The notes beneath the pieces were generated by a model. The model made no database searches. It worked only from the letters and a program-made list of their open reading frames with translations, and was not told the DNA's origin. From NCBI GenBank assembly GCA_000004695.1, contig CM000150.2:64001-128000 (forward strand): a stretch of 64,000 nt of DNA, given 5' to 3'. Each line of letters opens with the position of its first letter. Within the stretch, counting starts at the first letter, position 1. This DNA is from Dictyostelium discoideum (taxonomy: Eukaryota). The translations under genes were made by a program, and so were the position numbers. This document shows positions 44,599 through 57,879 of the stretch, piece by piece.

Positions 44599-45265
44599 TA
44601 TTTGAACGACAGTATCAATGAAAATACCACCAGATTTTTCACCAATGATTCTTTTATCGTAGAAAGTATCTACAGTATCGTTTGATTTCCAGCGACCCAT
44701 CTTCTTGACAACATGGAACAGAACGTTATTGAACAACAGCAGAGAAGCCATAGCGGAACGGGTAGAGTGAGATTTGAACTTTCCAGTGTCAATACCTGAG
44801 CTTGAGAGTGTTGATAATACAATTGAACTAATATCATTAACTTGGAGCGGTTCACCCTCATTCTTAATAAAGACAGAGTCACCCGAATGGGGCTTTCTTC
44901 TTCCTTTAGAGGCTCTAAGGTATGTTGCAAGGTGGCGAACAGGACATACTTGAGAGTTAGTATCATCTAACGATGTTAATTATAAGATTGAAACAACACC
45001 ACTTCTTTGTTCTTTAGCATTGATAACTAGACCTTTGATTGAGTCAGTACTAATAATGAGACCTTTGAATGACCACTTCACCAAGTCTGATGATCTTGAT
45101 AAACCAAACATTTTACAGAGTACAAGTGTCTTGTTTAATAGCGCAGTGTATATGTACTTGGGGATAACTTTGATAGTAGACAAGTGCTTGGATACTTGAT
45201 TTGCACCCCATATCTCTTTATACTTTGCAGATGAAGGGAGCAACTTGTGAATACCAGTCATAATT
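44599..45265 (-). mobile_element. DIRS-1 fragment G comprising only the ORF3 C-terminal region, with no ITR.
   Basis: It begins at the ORF3 stop codon and abuts DIRS-D. Confidence 0.7.
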
Positions 45266-46335
45266 ATATATCGTGGTATTTGTAAATTATAAGGTAATTG
45301 GTATCATCAATTTGAATTGGTATAACTATATTTAGAATACTATCATACGTAATATAATTTATTTGAAAGAAAATGGTATTGGTCACCAACATATTTGTCA
45401 AAATAATTTAATAATATTGAATGTTTTACTAGTTATCATCCATTTCAATCATTGATATTGAATTGATAATACCTGACCATCTACCTGAAAGTTCATTATA
45501 TGATGCAACTTCAACTGCATCACCAACATTGTATATTTCTTTATTATTTTTAATTGATGAGTGAAAAGTTAAATTTTTATAATTTTGAAATAATGAATCT
45601 AATTTAATTTTTATGTTATCTAAATTATCTGGATTTTTTATTTTATAATTAATGCTGTACTTTCAGGTTCAATACTTTTTAATTTAAAAAATTTCACCAT
45701 GTTTAATTTGGTAACCCTTTCATATTGTTCATCCCTATTATTTGTATTATTATTTAAATAATTTTTAATTCTTGATAATTGTGCTTCAAAAGTTTCAGCT
45801 TAAGTGTATTTTGGTGCACCCCAATTTTTTATATAGATTGGATAATATAACAACAAGTGGAAATTCGTTATTTCTGTTTCAGTAATTAAATTTACTTTTG
45901 CATTAAACGATTCAATTAATACTTGAAGTGAAATTAAATCATTTTCATCAAAGGAGTCACTATATAATTTAAAACATATAGTTACTAATTGTTCCATTAT
46001 TAAAAATCATCATTTGATATTTGATTTTTAATTGATATTAAAAGGTAATATAATATTGATCTATTCTCTCTTCCTTTCCTTGTTTTATTTGCAAATAGTG
46101 AAATTGATGGTTTTGGTTTATTATCTATTATTTTTGCATTTTTTAAATTATTTAAAAAATTTTCAATTTTTTTATTTTTATCAAAAATGTAATTTAAACA
46201 CCTTTGTGCGACACCTAATAAAATATGTCTGGTTGTGTTTTTAAATAATTAATGGACAAGGGTTCGACACCCTCTGTCCACACCTTTGATACCAATATCT
46301 TTTGCTTTTTTTTCCCATACTTTTTTTAATTCTAT
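45266..46335 (-). mobile_element. Beta transposon fragment, colinear with about 6300-7385 in inverse orientation.
   Basis: Matched by eye. ORF pieces lie at 45800-45997. Confidence 0.6.
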
Positions 46336-49148
46336 ATCAGCATTTATATTATCATATATATATATATATTATGAATAACATTTATTTATTTGAATTTCCC
46401 AAATATTTAAGATAATTTTTTAGAATGTTCTAGAAGAATAAAAAATTTTCGAAAGAAAAGTAAAAATTTCGAACCGGCACAATGACGCGATAATTGTTTA
46501 AGGTCGAAAAACTGAAAAATTCCGAACCGACACTATGCACAAAGTTGTGAAGGGTCGAAAACACTTATTTTTTTGAGTTTTGCGAAATTTTTAAGAAATA
46601 AAAACGTATAAATAGTGGCACTAAAAACTAAAAACAATTTGATTTATTTTATTTGGGAATTCCTCCTATATATATTTAAGATACACACACACACAAATTT
46701 TATACAAATAATTATTTCTCTTTATTAATTTTTAATATTATTATTTTTCTCATATTATATTTTTAGATATCAACAATAAAATATGTCTACCACTGTTAAT
46801 AATAATGAAGCCTCTAGTAGCAATACCTCTGCCTCTAATAGCGCTGAATCCTTTGATTTAAGAATGAAATCAATGGAGGTTCAAATCAACAACCTTTCCT
46901 TAGCCTTTACAAGATTCATGAAAGAACCTATGTTCTCTTCTAATACCAACTCACGTAGCCCACCTTCTCATGATCACTCTGACACCGAGAATGAACAAAG
47001 TGAAGATGAATCAAGTAACAATGTCGATGTTCCAACCGATTATCAATTATCCGATACCTTACTTGGTCAGGAATGTATCCTCAAGAAAGATGAGATATCC
47101 GAATTGAATAAAGTATTCAACTTTCCATCTAACTTCCAAGTGAACGTCGCTCCATTCGGTACACCTGAAGGTATTACTGTATCATCCAACGTCAAGAACA
47201 ATGATACTGACTTGTTGATTGTCGAAAAGCGAATCAACGATAGCTTAAAACCTTTGCTTCTCATGTCAAGTATGTTATCATCTGATAGCTCTAATGTCGA
47301 TGTAGAACTTATTAGTTACTTAACTCAGAGTGCAATCGTCTTAGCCTTTAATGCTCAAGCATCGCTTAGTCGTGTCCGTCGTAACAACATCGCTAAAGAA
47401 ATCTATGGTTCTGAAGTACTCTTACCAATTAAGATCAAGGATACACCAAAGATGTTTGATGAAACTGAAACTGAACGTGTAAGAAAACTAGCCAAGTCAA
47501 TCAGAAAGAACAACGAAGCTAAACAATCATTGTTAAAATTGAATTATCATTCCAAGTCAAATGTCAAGAAATCAGTTAACTCAAGTGGTAATAACACTAC
47601 AGGAAACAGTAGTAATAGTAAATCCAGTAGTGGGAGTAATGGCCGATCTAACAACTTCAATGGATCACCAAGTAATGTTGCATCAGGTAGCAACAATACC
47701 AAGTCTGTTTCCAAGTTACGACTATGTTCTTACAACCGATGCCTCGGAATCAGGTGCAGGTGCCACACTCAAGAAAGGAAACAAGGTAATCAAAACTTGG
47801 TCATTCCAATGGTCAACAACTCAATCAAATATGTAGTCAAATCGTCGAGAAATGCTCGCGCTGCTGATGGCCTATCAAGCGCTATGTCGGAAACTGAACA
47901 ACTGCAAGCTGAAGATTCAAACCGACAACACTACCACTCTCTCTTACATCAATCGCCAGGGTGGTCAAATACAAGATCTCTCAGTTCTGTTCGAACAACT
48001 TTGGAAACAATGCCTCAAGAAGAAAGTGAACTTGATTGGAGAGCATATTCCAGGATTCTTCAATGTAAAAGCCGACCACCTCAGCCGTCTTTCAGAGATG
48101 AATCACAAATCATCGTCCAGAGTAATCAAGAGTTACAACTGGCAACTGAAGAAGGAAGTGTTCAATCGCATCCAACTTCAATTCGGTCAAATACAGATGG
48201 ATCTGTTCGCATCTCACCTCAACCATCAAACGAACAACTACTCAACAATCAGAATGAATGCACTCCACCTCGATTGGAGTCAATGGAAGCAATGTCTAGC
48301 CTTCCCACCACCCATTCTTTTGCCTTCTATCCTGGAGAAGATGAACTCATCCAGTTCGAAGAAGGTTTCTATAATACTGATCTTCCCAATCTGGAGATCA
48401 GCAACTTGGTATCCGATGATTCAAGCACAAGTTCCTCGTCATCATCTTCACATGTTTCCTCAAGTACTGGGAACATTCCAAGAAGTATTGACCAAACAAT
48501 CAGTAGAGTCGATACCAATCCAGATTCAACAACGTTGGAAGCTGGGGATTATTCAACTTTCCAATCTCATGTAATGTCCTTCGCTCGTACAACAAATACA
48601 AAAACAGCTGAGCTGTTAATGAAGTCATGGGAACCTTCAACTCTCAAAGTATATAGCTCCAGTTATACAAGATTCCACAATTTCTGTACTTTGAACTCTT
48701 TGAATCCAGCCAACATTACCTTAGTTGTTTTCATGGATTATCTTACACATCTGTTCAAACACAAACCTCCGTTAGCCTTCTCAACAATTAACGGTCCCAA
48801 ATAAAATAAATCAAATTGTTTTTAGTTTTTAGTGCCACTATTTATACGTTTTTATTTTCTTAAAAATTTCGCAAAACTCAAAAAAATAAGAGTTTTCGAC
48901 CCTTCACAACTTTGTGCATAGTGTCGGTTCGGAATTTTTCAGTTTTTCGACCTTAAACAATTATCGCGTCATTGTGCCGGTTCGAAATTTTTACTTTTCT
49001 TTCGAAAATTTTTTATTCTTCGAATGTTCTAGAACATTCTAAAAAATTATCTTAAATATTTGGGAAATTCAAATAAATAAATGTTATTCATAATATATAT
49101 ATATATATTTAATATAAAATATAATTTAATAAATTAAATTTTTAATTT
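46336..49148 (+). mobile_element. DIRS-1 copy H with internal deletions. ORF1 is fused to mid-ORF2/3 at about 47705, ORF3 is truncated at 48798, and it has both ITRs.
   Basis: The chimeric ORF is 46783-48804. Confidence 0.75.
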
Positions 49149-49462
49149 AATTCAGCATAATTTGGTTTGATGGAGTGAAAATTTGTAATGTCTTCTTGTT
49201 TTCTTAATGTACCTGATTTGCAAATATATAAACCATCTATTGGATTGTCACATGTGTGACATGCATATTCATTTGAATTATGTCCATTAAGTTTACACGA
49301 TGCTCTAAATTCTGGAATATCCATTGTTAGTCCAAACGGTACAACATCTATTTGTTCATTTTCAATAATTAAATTAAACCCATTACCAATAAAAGATGAA
49401 AACAATGCCTAATGGTTTAATGAAAATTAAGTAACCAATCATATGGTACTACAAATAATACA
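49149..49462 (-). mobile_element. Beta transposon fragment.
   Basis: The ORF at 49142-49405 matches …FSSFIGNGFNLIIENEQ…. Confidence 0.6.
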
Positions 49463-49830
49463 CAGGGGCGAAAAAAAATACTTAAAAGCATCTTTAAAGT
49501 AGGAACGTAAATAGTACTATTATAAAGTATACTTAATAAGTATATTTATTAAGTATACTTATTAAGTGTACTTATTAAGTATATTTATTAAGTATATTTA
49601 TTAAGTATACTTATTAAGTATATTTATTAAGTATATTTATTAAATATATTTATTAAATATATTTATTAAGTATATTTATTAAGTATATTTAATAAGTATA
49701 TTTATTAAGTATATTTATTAAGTATATTTATTAAGCATAATTATTAAGTATAATTATAAAATATAATTATTAATTAAAATTATTAAGTATAATTAATAAG
49801 GGTAATTATAAAGTTCACTTAATAAGAATA
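49463..49830 (-). mobile_element. Alpha-type right end in inverted orientation, comprising the terminus CACAGGGGCGAAAAAAAA and a TAAGTATACTTA array.
   Basis: It is the reverse complement of 3700-3837. Confidence 0.6.
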
Positions 49831-50190
49831 CTTAAAAAGTTAAAAATAACATTTTATAATAATAATTTAAAATAAATTTAAAAAAAAAAAAAAAAAAAAC
49901 TAAAAAAAAAAAAAAGAATTAATTAAAAAGTAAAGTATTTGAAATCAGAAATTTTTTTTATTTAATTGTGAAAATTCTAAGGGTATTAATATGTTGACTT
50001 TAACAAGGGTCATACAACATTTATAATTGACTAATTTGAAAAGCAGAACTTTATTTCCATTATTATTTGTACCAAAAGCATTTACTTTACAGGTTCAAAT
50101 AAAAGAAGGGACAACCTAAAATATAATTGTTTTTTAAATTATATTAATCTCTTTATTTTATATTATTATTTTTTTTTTTCTTTGAACCAG

Positions 50191-52896
50191 AGGGTCCGAA
50201 ATCAGATTGCATCACAAAGGAAGTACAAGACTTGTTATTAGACGATGCCATCGAACAAGTACTTCCAAACCGTTATTCAAAGCGCGTTTTTTACTCCAAC
50301 GTGTTTACGGTTCCAAAACCTGGAACGAATCTACATCGTCCAGTTCTCGATCTAAAAAGGTTAAACACTTACATCAACAACCAATCATTCAAGATGGAAG
50401 GAATCAAGAATCTACCGTCAATGGTCAAACAAGGTTATTACATGGTAAAACTCGATATCAAGAAAGCTTACCTCTACGTGTTAGTAGATCCACAATACAG
50501 AGACTTATTCCGCTTCGTGTGGAAAGGTTCGCACTACCGTTGGAAAACAATGCCGTTCGGGTTATCGACAGCTCCTCGTATCTTTACAATGCTGTTAAGA
50601 CCTGTGCTTCGAATGTTGAGAGATATAAACGTATCCGTCATCGCTTACTTGGACGATCTATTAATCGTCGGTTCAACAAAAGAAGAATGTTTATCCAACC
50701 TCAAAAAGACAATGGACTTACTTGTCAAACTAGGTTTCAAGTTAAATCTAGAAAAGAGTGTTCTCGAACTAACTCAATCAATTACGTTTCTCGGATTACA
50801 AATCGGTTCAATATCAATGAAGCTTCTTGTTCCCAAAGAAAAGAAGAAAAGTGTCATCAAAGAAATAAGAAACTTTTTAAAACTAGATTGTTGCTCCCCA
50901 AGAAAGCTTGCTGGTTTAAAAGGAAAGCTAGTCGCACTGAAAGATGCATTCAGACTTTCCACTCGTCGAACAAACAAGTTTCACTCTCAGTGTCTGACTC
51001 TAGCCAATGGAGATTGGGATCAATCGTTCCCCATTCCTCAAGATGTCAAGTCAGAGATTTCACATTGGTTAACAGTTCTAAACCAATGGAATGGAAAAGA
51101 AATCAGTCTGTTTCCAAGTTACGACTATGTTCTTACAACCGATGCCTCGGAATCAGGTGCAGGTGCCACACTCAAGAAAGGAAACAAGGTAATCAAAACT
51201 TGGTCATTCCAGTGGTCAACAACTCAATCAAACATGTCGTCAAATCGTCGAGAAATGCTCGCGCTGCTAATGGCCTATCAAGCGCTATGTCAGAAACTGA
51301 ACAACTGCAAGCTGAAGATTCAAACCGACAATACTACCACTCTCTCTTACATCAATCGCCAGGGTGGTCAGATACAAGATCTCTCAGTTCTGTTCGAACA
51401 ACTTTGGAAACAATGCCTCAAGAAGAAAGTGAACTTGATTGGAGAGCATATTCCAGGATTCTTCAATGTAAAAGCACCTCAGCCGTCTTTCAGAGAAGAA
51501 TCACAAATCATCGTCCAGAGTAATCAAGAGTTACAACTGGCAACTGAAGAAGGAAGTGTTCAATCGCATCCAACTTCAATTCGGTCAAATACAGATATAT
51601 CTGTTCGCATCTCACCTCAACCATCAAACGAACAACTACTCAACAATCAGAATGAATGCACTCCACCTCGATTGGAGTCAATGGAAGCAATGTCTGGCCT
51701 TCCCACCACCCATTCTTTTGCCTTCTATCCTGGAGAAGATGAACTCATCCAGTTCGAAGAAGGTTTCTTTAATACTGATCTTCCCAATCTGGAGATCAGC
51801 AACTTGGTATCCGATGATTCAAGCACAAGTTCCTCGTCATCATCGTCACATGTTTCCTCAAGTACTGGGAACATTCCAAGAAGTATTGACCAAACAATCA
51901 GTAGAGTCGATACCAATCCAGATTCAACAACGTTGGAAACTGGGGATTATTCAACTTTCCAATATCATGTAATGTCCTTCGCTGGTACAACAAATACAAA
52001 AACAGCTGAGCTGTTAATGAAGTCTTGGGAACCTTCTACTCTCAAAGTATATAGCTCCAGTTATACAAGATTCCGCAATTTCTGTACTTTGAACTCTTTG
52101 AATCCAGCAAACATTACCTTAGTTGTTTTCATGGATTATCTTACACATCTGTTCAAACACAAACCTCCGTTAGCCTTCTCAACAATTAATGGTCATCGCT
52201 CTATGTTGAATCAGTTGTTACTCCTTAGGAATCAAACTGATATTGTTAATGATCCATTCATCACAAGAATTATGACTGGTATTCACAAGTTGCGTCCTTC
52301 ATCTGCAAAGTATAAAGAGATATGGGATGCAAATCAAGTATTCAAGCACTTGTCTACTATCAAAGTCATCCCTAAGTACACATACACTGCGCTATTAAAC
52401 AAGACACTTGTACTCTGTAAAACGTTTGGTTTAGCAAGATCATCAGACTTGGTGAAGTGGTCGTTCAAAGGTCTCATTATTACTACTGACTCAATCAAAG
52501 GTCCAGTTATCAATGCTAAAGAACAAAGAAATGGTGTTGTTTCAATCTTAGAATTAACTTCGTTAGATGATACTAACTCTCAAGTATGCCCTGTTCGCCA
52601 CCTTGCAACATAACTTAGAGCCTCTAAAGGAAGAAGAAAGCCCCATTCGGGTGACTCTGTCTTTATTAAGAATGAGGGCGAACAGCTCCAAGTTAATGAT
52701 ATTAATTCAATTGTATTATCCTCACTCTCAAAGTCAGGTATTGATATTGCCAAGTTCAAATCTCACTCTACCCGTTCCTCTATGGCTTCTCTGCTGTTGT
52801 CCAATAACGTTCCGTTCCACGTTGTCAAGAAGATGGGTCGTTGGAAATCAAACGATACTGTGCCGGTTCGAAATTTTTTATTCTTCGAATGTTCTT
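50191..52896 (+). mobile_element. DIRS-1 copy I, 5'-truncated, with an internal deletion fusing ORF2 to ORF3. Its ITR is interrupted by the Skipper insertion.
   Basis: ORFs lie at 50232-52613. The ITR piece 52861-52896 continues at 59618-59735. Confidence 0.75.
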
Positions 52897-53330
52897 GTGT
52901 AAAAGTCACTCACACTAATCTTCAATCCATTGTCACATTTGTTCAATCTTTAATCAAACAGTCCAATTTTTAAAGTAATGTTTTTTTAAAATGAAGGATA
53001 GAAAGAGTGAAAGACTAATATCATAAAAGTAAACATACATAAAAGAGATAATTAAAAGTAAGGGCGTTATGAAAAACTAAACCGAAAATCAGAATTTTTA
53101 TTATTATTTAAATTTTAATTTAATTTTATTTAATTTAATTTAATTTTTTATTTTTCAACTGAAAAAATAAAAAATTAAAAAATAAAAATTAAAATTAAAT
53201 GAAATATTTTTACATGGAGATGCGCGAATTTGTTACGTTGTTGAGCTCATACTAACTTTAAATTAATTTAGTTTTGAGTCTCCAACACCTTCCCCTTCCT
53301 TCTTTAGGCTAGCTTTGGCTTAGAGGTGGA

Positions 53331-53612
53331 CTATAATCTCTTCGGTGTAACTTTTCTTCCTGATCTTGTTGTTTTAATTTGTAAACTAAGATCAAGTTCA
53401 TCATCATCACTTGAAGTATTTTGATTTCTTGATTTTCTTTTCTTTGATTGGTTCATTTGATTTGAGTTGGAGTTTTGTTGTCTTGGAGGAGTTGGTTGCA
53501 ATGTTTGGGACCTTTGAACTTCTTGGGAGAGTGGAGGTGACACAATTGGCTCAACGGCTTCTGTAGTTACATTCTCTCTTTCTCTTCTAGAGTTCAATTG
53601 TTTCTTCTGCAC
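53331..53612 (-). CDS. Basic Ser/Gln-rich ORF immediately downstream of integrase, possibly an integrase C-terminal extension.
   Basis: Supplied ORF with no recognisable motif. Confidence 0.25.
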   Translation of the reverse strand: MQKKQLNSRRERENVTTEAVEPIVSPPLSQEVQRSQTLQPTPPRQQNSNSNQMNQSKKRKSRNQNTSSDDDELDLSLQIKTTRSGRKVTPKRL

Positions 53613-53613
53613 G

Positions 53614-55266
53614 TTATTCCAATACTCTCTGACTAACTAGTTTTACGATTTGATCCTTGTTGTACACATTGTGTTTCTTTGGATAACCTACTAAATCGAG
53701 TGTTACATTATTACCATGAACGGCAGTGATTATGAATGGTCCACAATTCTTGGATTCAAGTTTGTGAGAGATTAGATCTTTTGAAAGGTTAGTTTGGAAG
53801 AATTTTCTTTTAACCATCACCTTTTCTCCGACTACGAAGATAACATCACCACGACCTCGGTTGTAGTACTTTTGAGCATTGATTTGAGCATCTAGTATAT
53901 TATCACGGACAATCTTTTTGATGTTGCTCATTGGTATACGAGTCTTTGTTAATGAATTGAAATGATTAACTGGAGTTGGTGGATTGAATCCATAAACGAT
54001 TTGGAATGGTGACATCTTTGTAGACTTGCTCATTGATGAGTTCATTGCAAATTCAATAAGTGGAATGATATCTGAACAATTCTCCACATACTCTGTTGAG
54101 GCTTTAGTTAATATTCTAATAATTTCTCTATTCATTCTTTCAGTTTGACCATCAGCTTGTGCTCTGTGTGCCACAGTCATCTTGAGTTTAGAATCCATCG
54201 TCTTTGCCCATCTCTCACATATTTCTGAAAGGAATCTTGGATCTCTATCGGAGACGATTGTTCTTGGATAACCATGGAGTCTGAACACATGATTCAACAA
54301 TAATTGAGCGGTATGTTGGGCATCTATTGTCTTATGACATGGAACTATATTAACCATTTTAGATAATCTACAAACAATGACACAAACTTGATCGACTTCA
54401 ACTGTAAATCCGTTTAGTGCATACATTGTTTTTGGTAGCGATAAGAAATCGATTGATATATCTCTCCAAACTTCAAAGGGAATTTCTAAACTTTGGAGTA
54501 TACCATTATCTTTACGGTTAATTTTCAATTGACATGTTGCACAAGACTTTATGTACCTCTTGATAATAGAAAACATTTCTTTAAAATAGTAATCTTGTCT
54601 TATATTATTGTATGTTATATCTAAAGCGTAATGACCACTATATTTGGTATCGTGATATTCCCTAATGACGGTATGAATAGTTTCTTTATCTATGATGATT
54701 AATTTCTTGAACCCATCTTCACTAAGGTAACATAAATCATTAATTTCTTCAATGCATAAATTTGGATTCTTTTTCATCTCTAATAGCCATTGAGAATTGA
54801 TTTGTTCTTCCTTAATTTTATTTAAAAACGATTCATCCCATTGGAAATTATCATATTTACGAGATAAGAAATCAGCTATACAATTCTTTTTACCACTTAT
54901 ATGTCTTAATTCATAATCAAATTCTTTAATATATTTCATATAATTATCTTGTCTCTTTGTGAACGGTTTATCGTTTGACTTATTGATAATATATTTAAGA
55001 TTTTGGTGATCAGTGTAGATTGAAACCTTTTTACCAATTAATAAATGTTGAAACTTCTTTAGAGAATCAATGATTGAAAGGAACTCTCTATCACCTATGC
55101 TGTACCTCTTTTGAGTATCAGTAAGTTTTCTACTGTGAAACCAAATGACTTTGAATTTATCACCTTGAATTTGATATAATACACCTGATAATGCTTTATC
55201 ATTAACATCACAATACAAGTGAAAACTACCATTGTTTAGATTATTATTATCTGAATGGATTGGCAT
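53614..55266 (-). CDS. Skipper RNase H + integrase with an HHCC zinc finger and a DDE core.
   Basis: RNase H-like YTDHQNL, then H…H…C..C (HDTKYSGHYALD…CATC), and a catalytic core. Confidence 0.7.
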   Translation of the reverse strand: MPIHSDNNNLNNGSFHLYCDVNDKALSGVLYQIQGDKFKVIWFHSRKLTDTQKRYSIGDREFLSIIDSLKKFQHLLIGKKVSIYTDHQNLKYIINKSNDKPFTKRQDNYMKYIKEFDYELRHISGKKNCIADFLSRKYDNFQWDESFLNKIKEEQINSQWLLEMKKNPNLCIEEINDLCYLSEDGFKKLIIIDKETIHTVIREYHDTKYSGHYALDITYNNIRQDYYFKEMFSIIKRYIKSCATCQLKINRKDNGILQSLEIPFEVWRDISIDFLSLPKTMYALNGFTVEVDQVCVIVCRLSKMVNIVPCHKTIDAQHTAQLLLNHVFRLHGYPRTIVSDRDPRFLSEICERWAKTMDSKLKMTVAHRAQADGQTERMNREIIRILTKASTEYVENCSDIIPLIEFAMNSSMSKSTKMSPFQIVYGFNPPTPVNHFNSLTKTRIPMSNIKKIVRDNILDAQINAQKYYNRGRGDVIFVVGEKVMVKRKFFQTNLSKDLISHKLESKNCGPFIITAVHGNNVTLDLVGYPKKHNVYNKDQIVKLVSQRVLE

Positions 55267-55617
55267 GTCTGTTGATGCTTTAACCTTTTCGATATCTATT
55301 GGTATGCAGTTATCTTGTTCAATTGGAATATCGACAATATTTTCACCTTCAAACTCTTTCTTTAGATTATTGAATTCTTTGAGTGATTCATCAGAAAGTG
55401 TTTTCTTGTTTTTTCCTATTGATTCTTTGGAAAGGTGATATGTTTTTTCAGCGTAATTTTCAATGTGTCTCCTGAAGAATCCAAAAAGACCTAATGCAGC
55501 TTCAGCTTCTTTGGCGTTTCTTGGTTCAGGTAACTCAGAGATAGCTCTAACCTTTGCAGCTCTTGGAGATATACCATCTTTATGAATGTGAAAACCAAGG
55601 AAATCTACTTCAGTCTT

Positions 55618-56637
55618 TTACATTTCACTCTTTTCTCTTGAAATGAATAATAGGTACATTCTACAATATAGAAGCATTCTAATGATTTCAATGAAATGTA
55701 CCATGTAGTCGAGTTTTGAATGAACCAAAAGATCATCAAAGTATTGTAATAAACTTTTGATTTTTCCAAATATTTCGACCATCAATCTAGCGAATGTGGA
55801 TGGAGAGTTGACTAAACCTTGTGGCATTCTAGTATATTCAAATTTACCAATATGTGTAATGAAAATGGTGTACTTTGCGTGTTCTGGATTAATTAACACT
55901 TGTAAATAACCCATAATCATGTCAAACTTTGAGAAAAGCTTTGAATATTTACATTGATTTAAAAGACTATCAACCGGAGTGAATGGATGATCGTCTCTAA
56001 CAGTGACTTTATTTATTTGACGATAGTCGTGGACTACACGCCATGAATCTCTCTTCTTTAATAACATGATTGGGGATGAGTAATTTGATTCTGATCTTTT
56101 GATAATACCTAAATCTATAAATTTGAGAACCATTTCTTCGACATGTCTCTTATGATCATCTGTTGAGTAATAGATTTGTTTCTTTGTTGGTTCAACATCT
56201 TGATCTTTCTTTATTATGATATTATGTATGATATTACCTCTTCTGGAATTGTTAATCTGATCTGGAACATCAGGAAGTTTATCTACTATAACATCTTCGA
56301 ATGAATTATTAATGAAATCACGTACTGCTTGTATCTCTTCTTCTTCTGGATTATTTTTAACCAGTATATCACAAAGTTGTGATGGGATGCTTTCAATAAA
56401 CTTTGTAACTTGTTCTTTGATATCTTCATCATCATCTAGTAGATTATGTGACTGTGACTGATTATCATTGGATACGGTAACATGTTTTCTTGGAGCTTTT
56501 ACATTACAATGTAATTGATTCGACTGTTGATAATTAATTTTGTATGTACTGTTATTCAACTTGATTATTTTATCTTTTTGGTTAATGATAGAGTCCTTAA
56601 GGATATCATTACCAAAAAGTACATCAATGATATCCAA
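55618..56637 (-). CDS. Skipper reverse transcriptase.
   Basis: The YFDDLLV motif. Stop codons interrupt the pol frames, so this copy may be slightly defective. Confidence 0.7.
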   Translation of the reverse strand: MDIIDVLFGNDILKDSIINQKDKIIKLNNSTYKINYQQSNQLHCNVKAPRKHVTVSNDNQSQSHNLLDDDEDIKEQVTKFIESIPSQLCDILVKNNPEEEEIQAVRDFINNSFEDVIVDKLPDVPDQINNSRRGNIIHNIIIKKDQDVEPTKKQIYYSTDDHKRHVEEMVLKFIDLGIIKRSESNYSSPIMLLKKRDSWRVVHDYRQINKVTVRDDHPFTPVDSLLNQCKYSKLFSKFDMIMGYLQVLINPEHAKYTIFITHIGKFEYTRMPQGLVNSPSTFARLMVEIFGKIKSLLQYFDDLLVHSKLDYMVHFIEIIRMLLYCRMYLLFISREKSEM

Positions 56638-57342
56638 TTATATATTAAAGAAGTTATGAATTTCATTGTTAACTTGTATATTGATTTGTTCAACAAACTC
56701 TTCTTTGACGTCAAGTAGCGGTAAGTTAATCTTGGCTTTGGTTTTGTGAACGTGGTTCTTCATATCTTTTGAAATCAACCTCTTATTGATTAAACTAACA
56801 TTACTTCCAGTATCGAGAATTAATTTGAATTGTTTTTTTTTGGAATGAGAGTTAATTATAATCTTGGGTTTATCCATGTTTTCTCTGTTTGGAACGATTA
56901 AACATTTTAGAGTCGGAATGAGAGCAGTATCACTTGTACCAGTACTATGTAATAATGAGATGATTGGTTTGTTTGTTTCTTTATCGAATTTAATTGTGTA
57001 AAGCAATTCATCTTCTTCATCGTTAATTAATTCTTTACCAGAATTTAATATCTTTGGACGATTGAATATGTTTACAGTATAGTTTTTATCTTGAACATTT
57101 GTTAACTCTGTTGGAGTATTAAATTCAATCTTCTGTGGTGTATACTTCATCTCTGATTCCACAGCTTTTGGAATTGGAACGTTTGTATCAGGAACTAGTT
57201 TTATACCATATGAGTCTTTGACGTATTCTTTAAGTTTGTTGATGTTTTTATGAACATCATGTTGCTGGCTTTGTTGATGTAACTGTTTAACAATGTTTTG
57301 ATTATAAAAAGAGTTAAGAGTATAAAGTGAATCTTTGTTCAC
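56638..57342 (-). CDS. Skipper aspartic protease, a separate ORF.
   Basis: LILDTGSNVSLI active-site motif. Confidence 0.7.
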   Translation of the reverse strand: MNKDSLYTLNSFYNQNIVKQLHQQSQQHDVHKNINKLKEYVKDSYGIKLVPDTNVPIPKAVESEMKYTPQKIEFNTPTELTNVQDKNYTVNIFNRPKILNSGKELINDEEDELLYTIKFDKETNKPIISLLHSTGTSDTALIPTLKCLIVPNRENMDKPKIIINSHSKKKQFKLILDTGSNVSLINKRLISKDMKNHVHKTKAKINLPLLDVKEEFVEQINIQVNNEIHNFFNI

Positions 57343-57432
57343 TGGGTAATCATTATCCTCAAGGTGATGATATTGTGAAATTTTATAATTTTTATTTAAA
57401 ATCTTTGACCTGGACTCATCACCTTCATCGAG

Positions 57433-57852
57433 TCATTGTTGCTTTTTGGCTAATGGACCTGGATTGGCTTTGGCATCGACCGGATCAATTCTACATGTAG
57501 ATGTGGAGTGATTTGATTTACCACAATTGAGACAGTAGCCTTTGCTTTGACGGTAAACGATGAAACTGCTTCTTATCTTTTTGAGGTCTACCTTAGAGTC
57601 TTTTCTTATTTCGGGTAATATTGCAGCTCTAATCTTATCAGCTTGAGCATCAAAGGAATTCCTGTTATGAGAGTTATGATTTGGAGTAGCATGATTCTTT
57701 TTTAATGGAAACTTCTCATCAGTATTCGATGCAGAATCGGAAGGTCTTCTTCTCGAGAACTTATCAGCATTGTTAAGAACCAACTCGGTGATGGCTTCAC
57801 GACACTCGGTGATATCGGTTTGTAACCAGTCTGGTACGACCATCTTTAACAA
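57433..57852 (-). CDS. Skipper Gag C-terminal / nucleocapsid CCHC zinc knuckle.
   Basis: CLNCGKSNHSTSTC motif. Confidence 0.65.
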   Translation of the reverse strand: MLKMVVPDWLQTDITECREAITELVLNNADKFSRRRPSDSASNTDEKFPLKKNHATPNHNSHNRNSFDAQADKIRAAILPEIRKDSKVDLKKIRSSFIVYRQSKGYCLNCGKSNHSTSTCRIDPVDAKANPGPLAKKQQ

Positions 57853-57879
57853 AGCAAGGATATTATTATCTAAAATTGA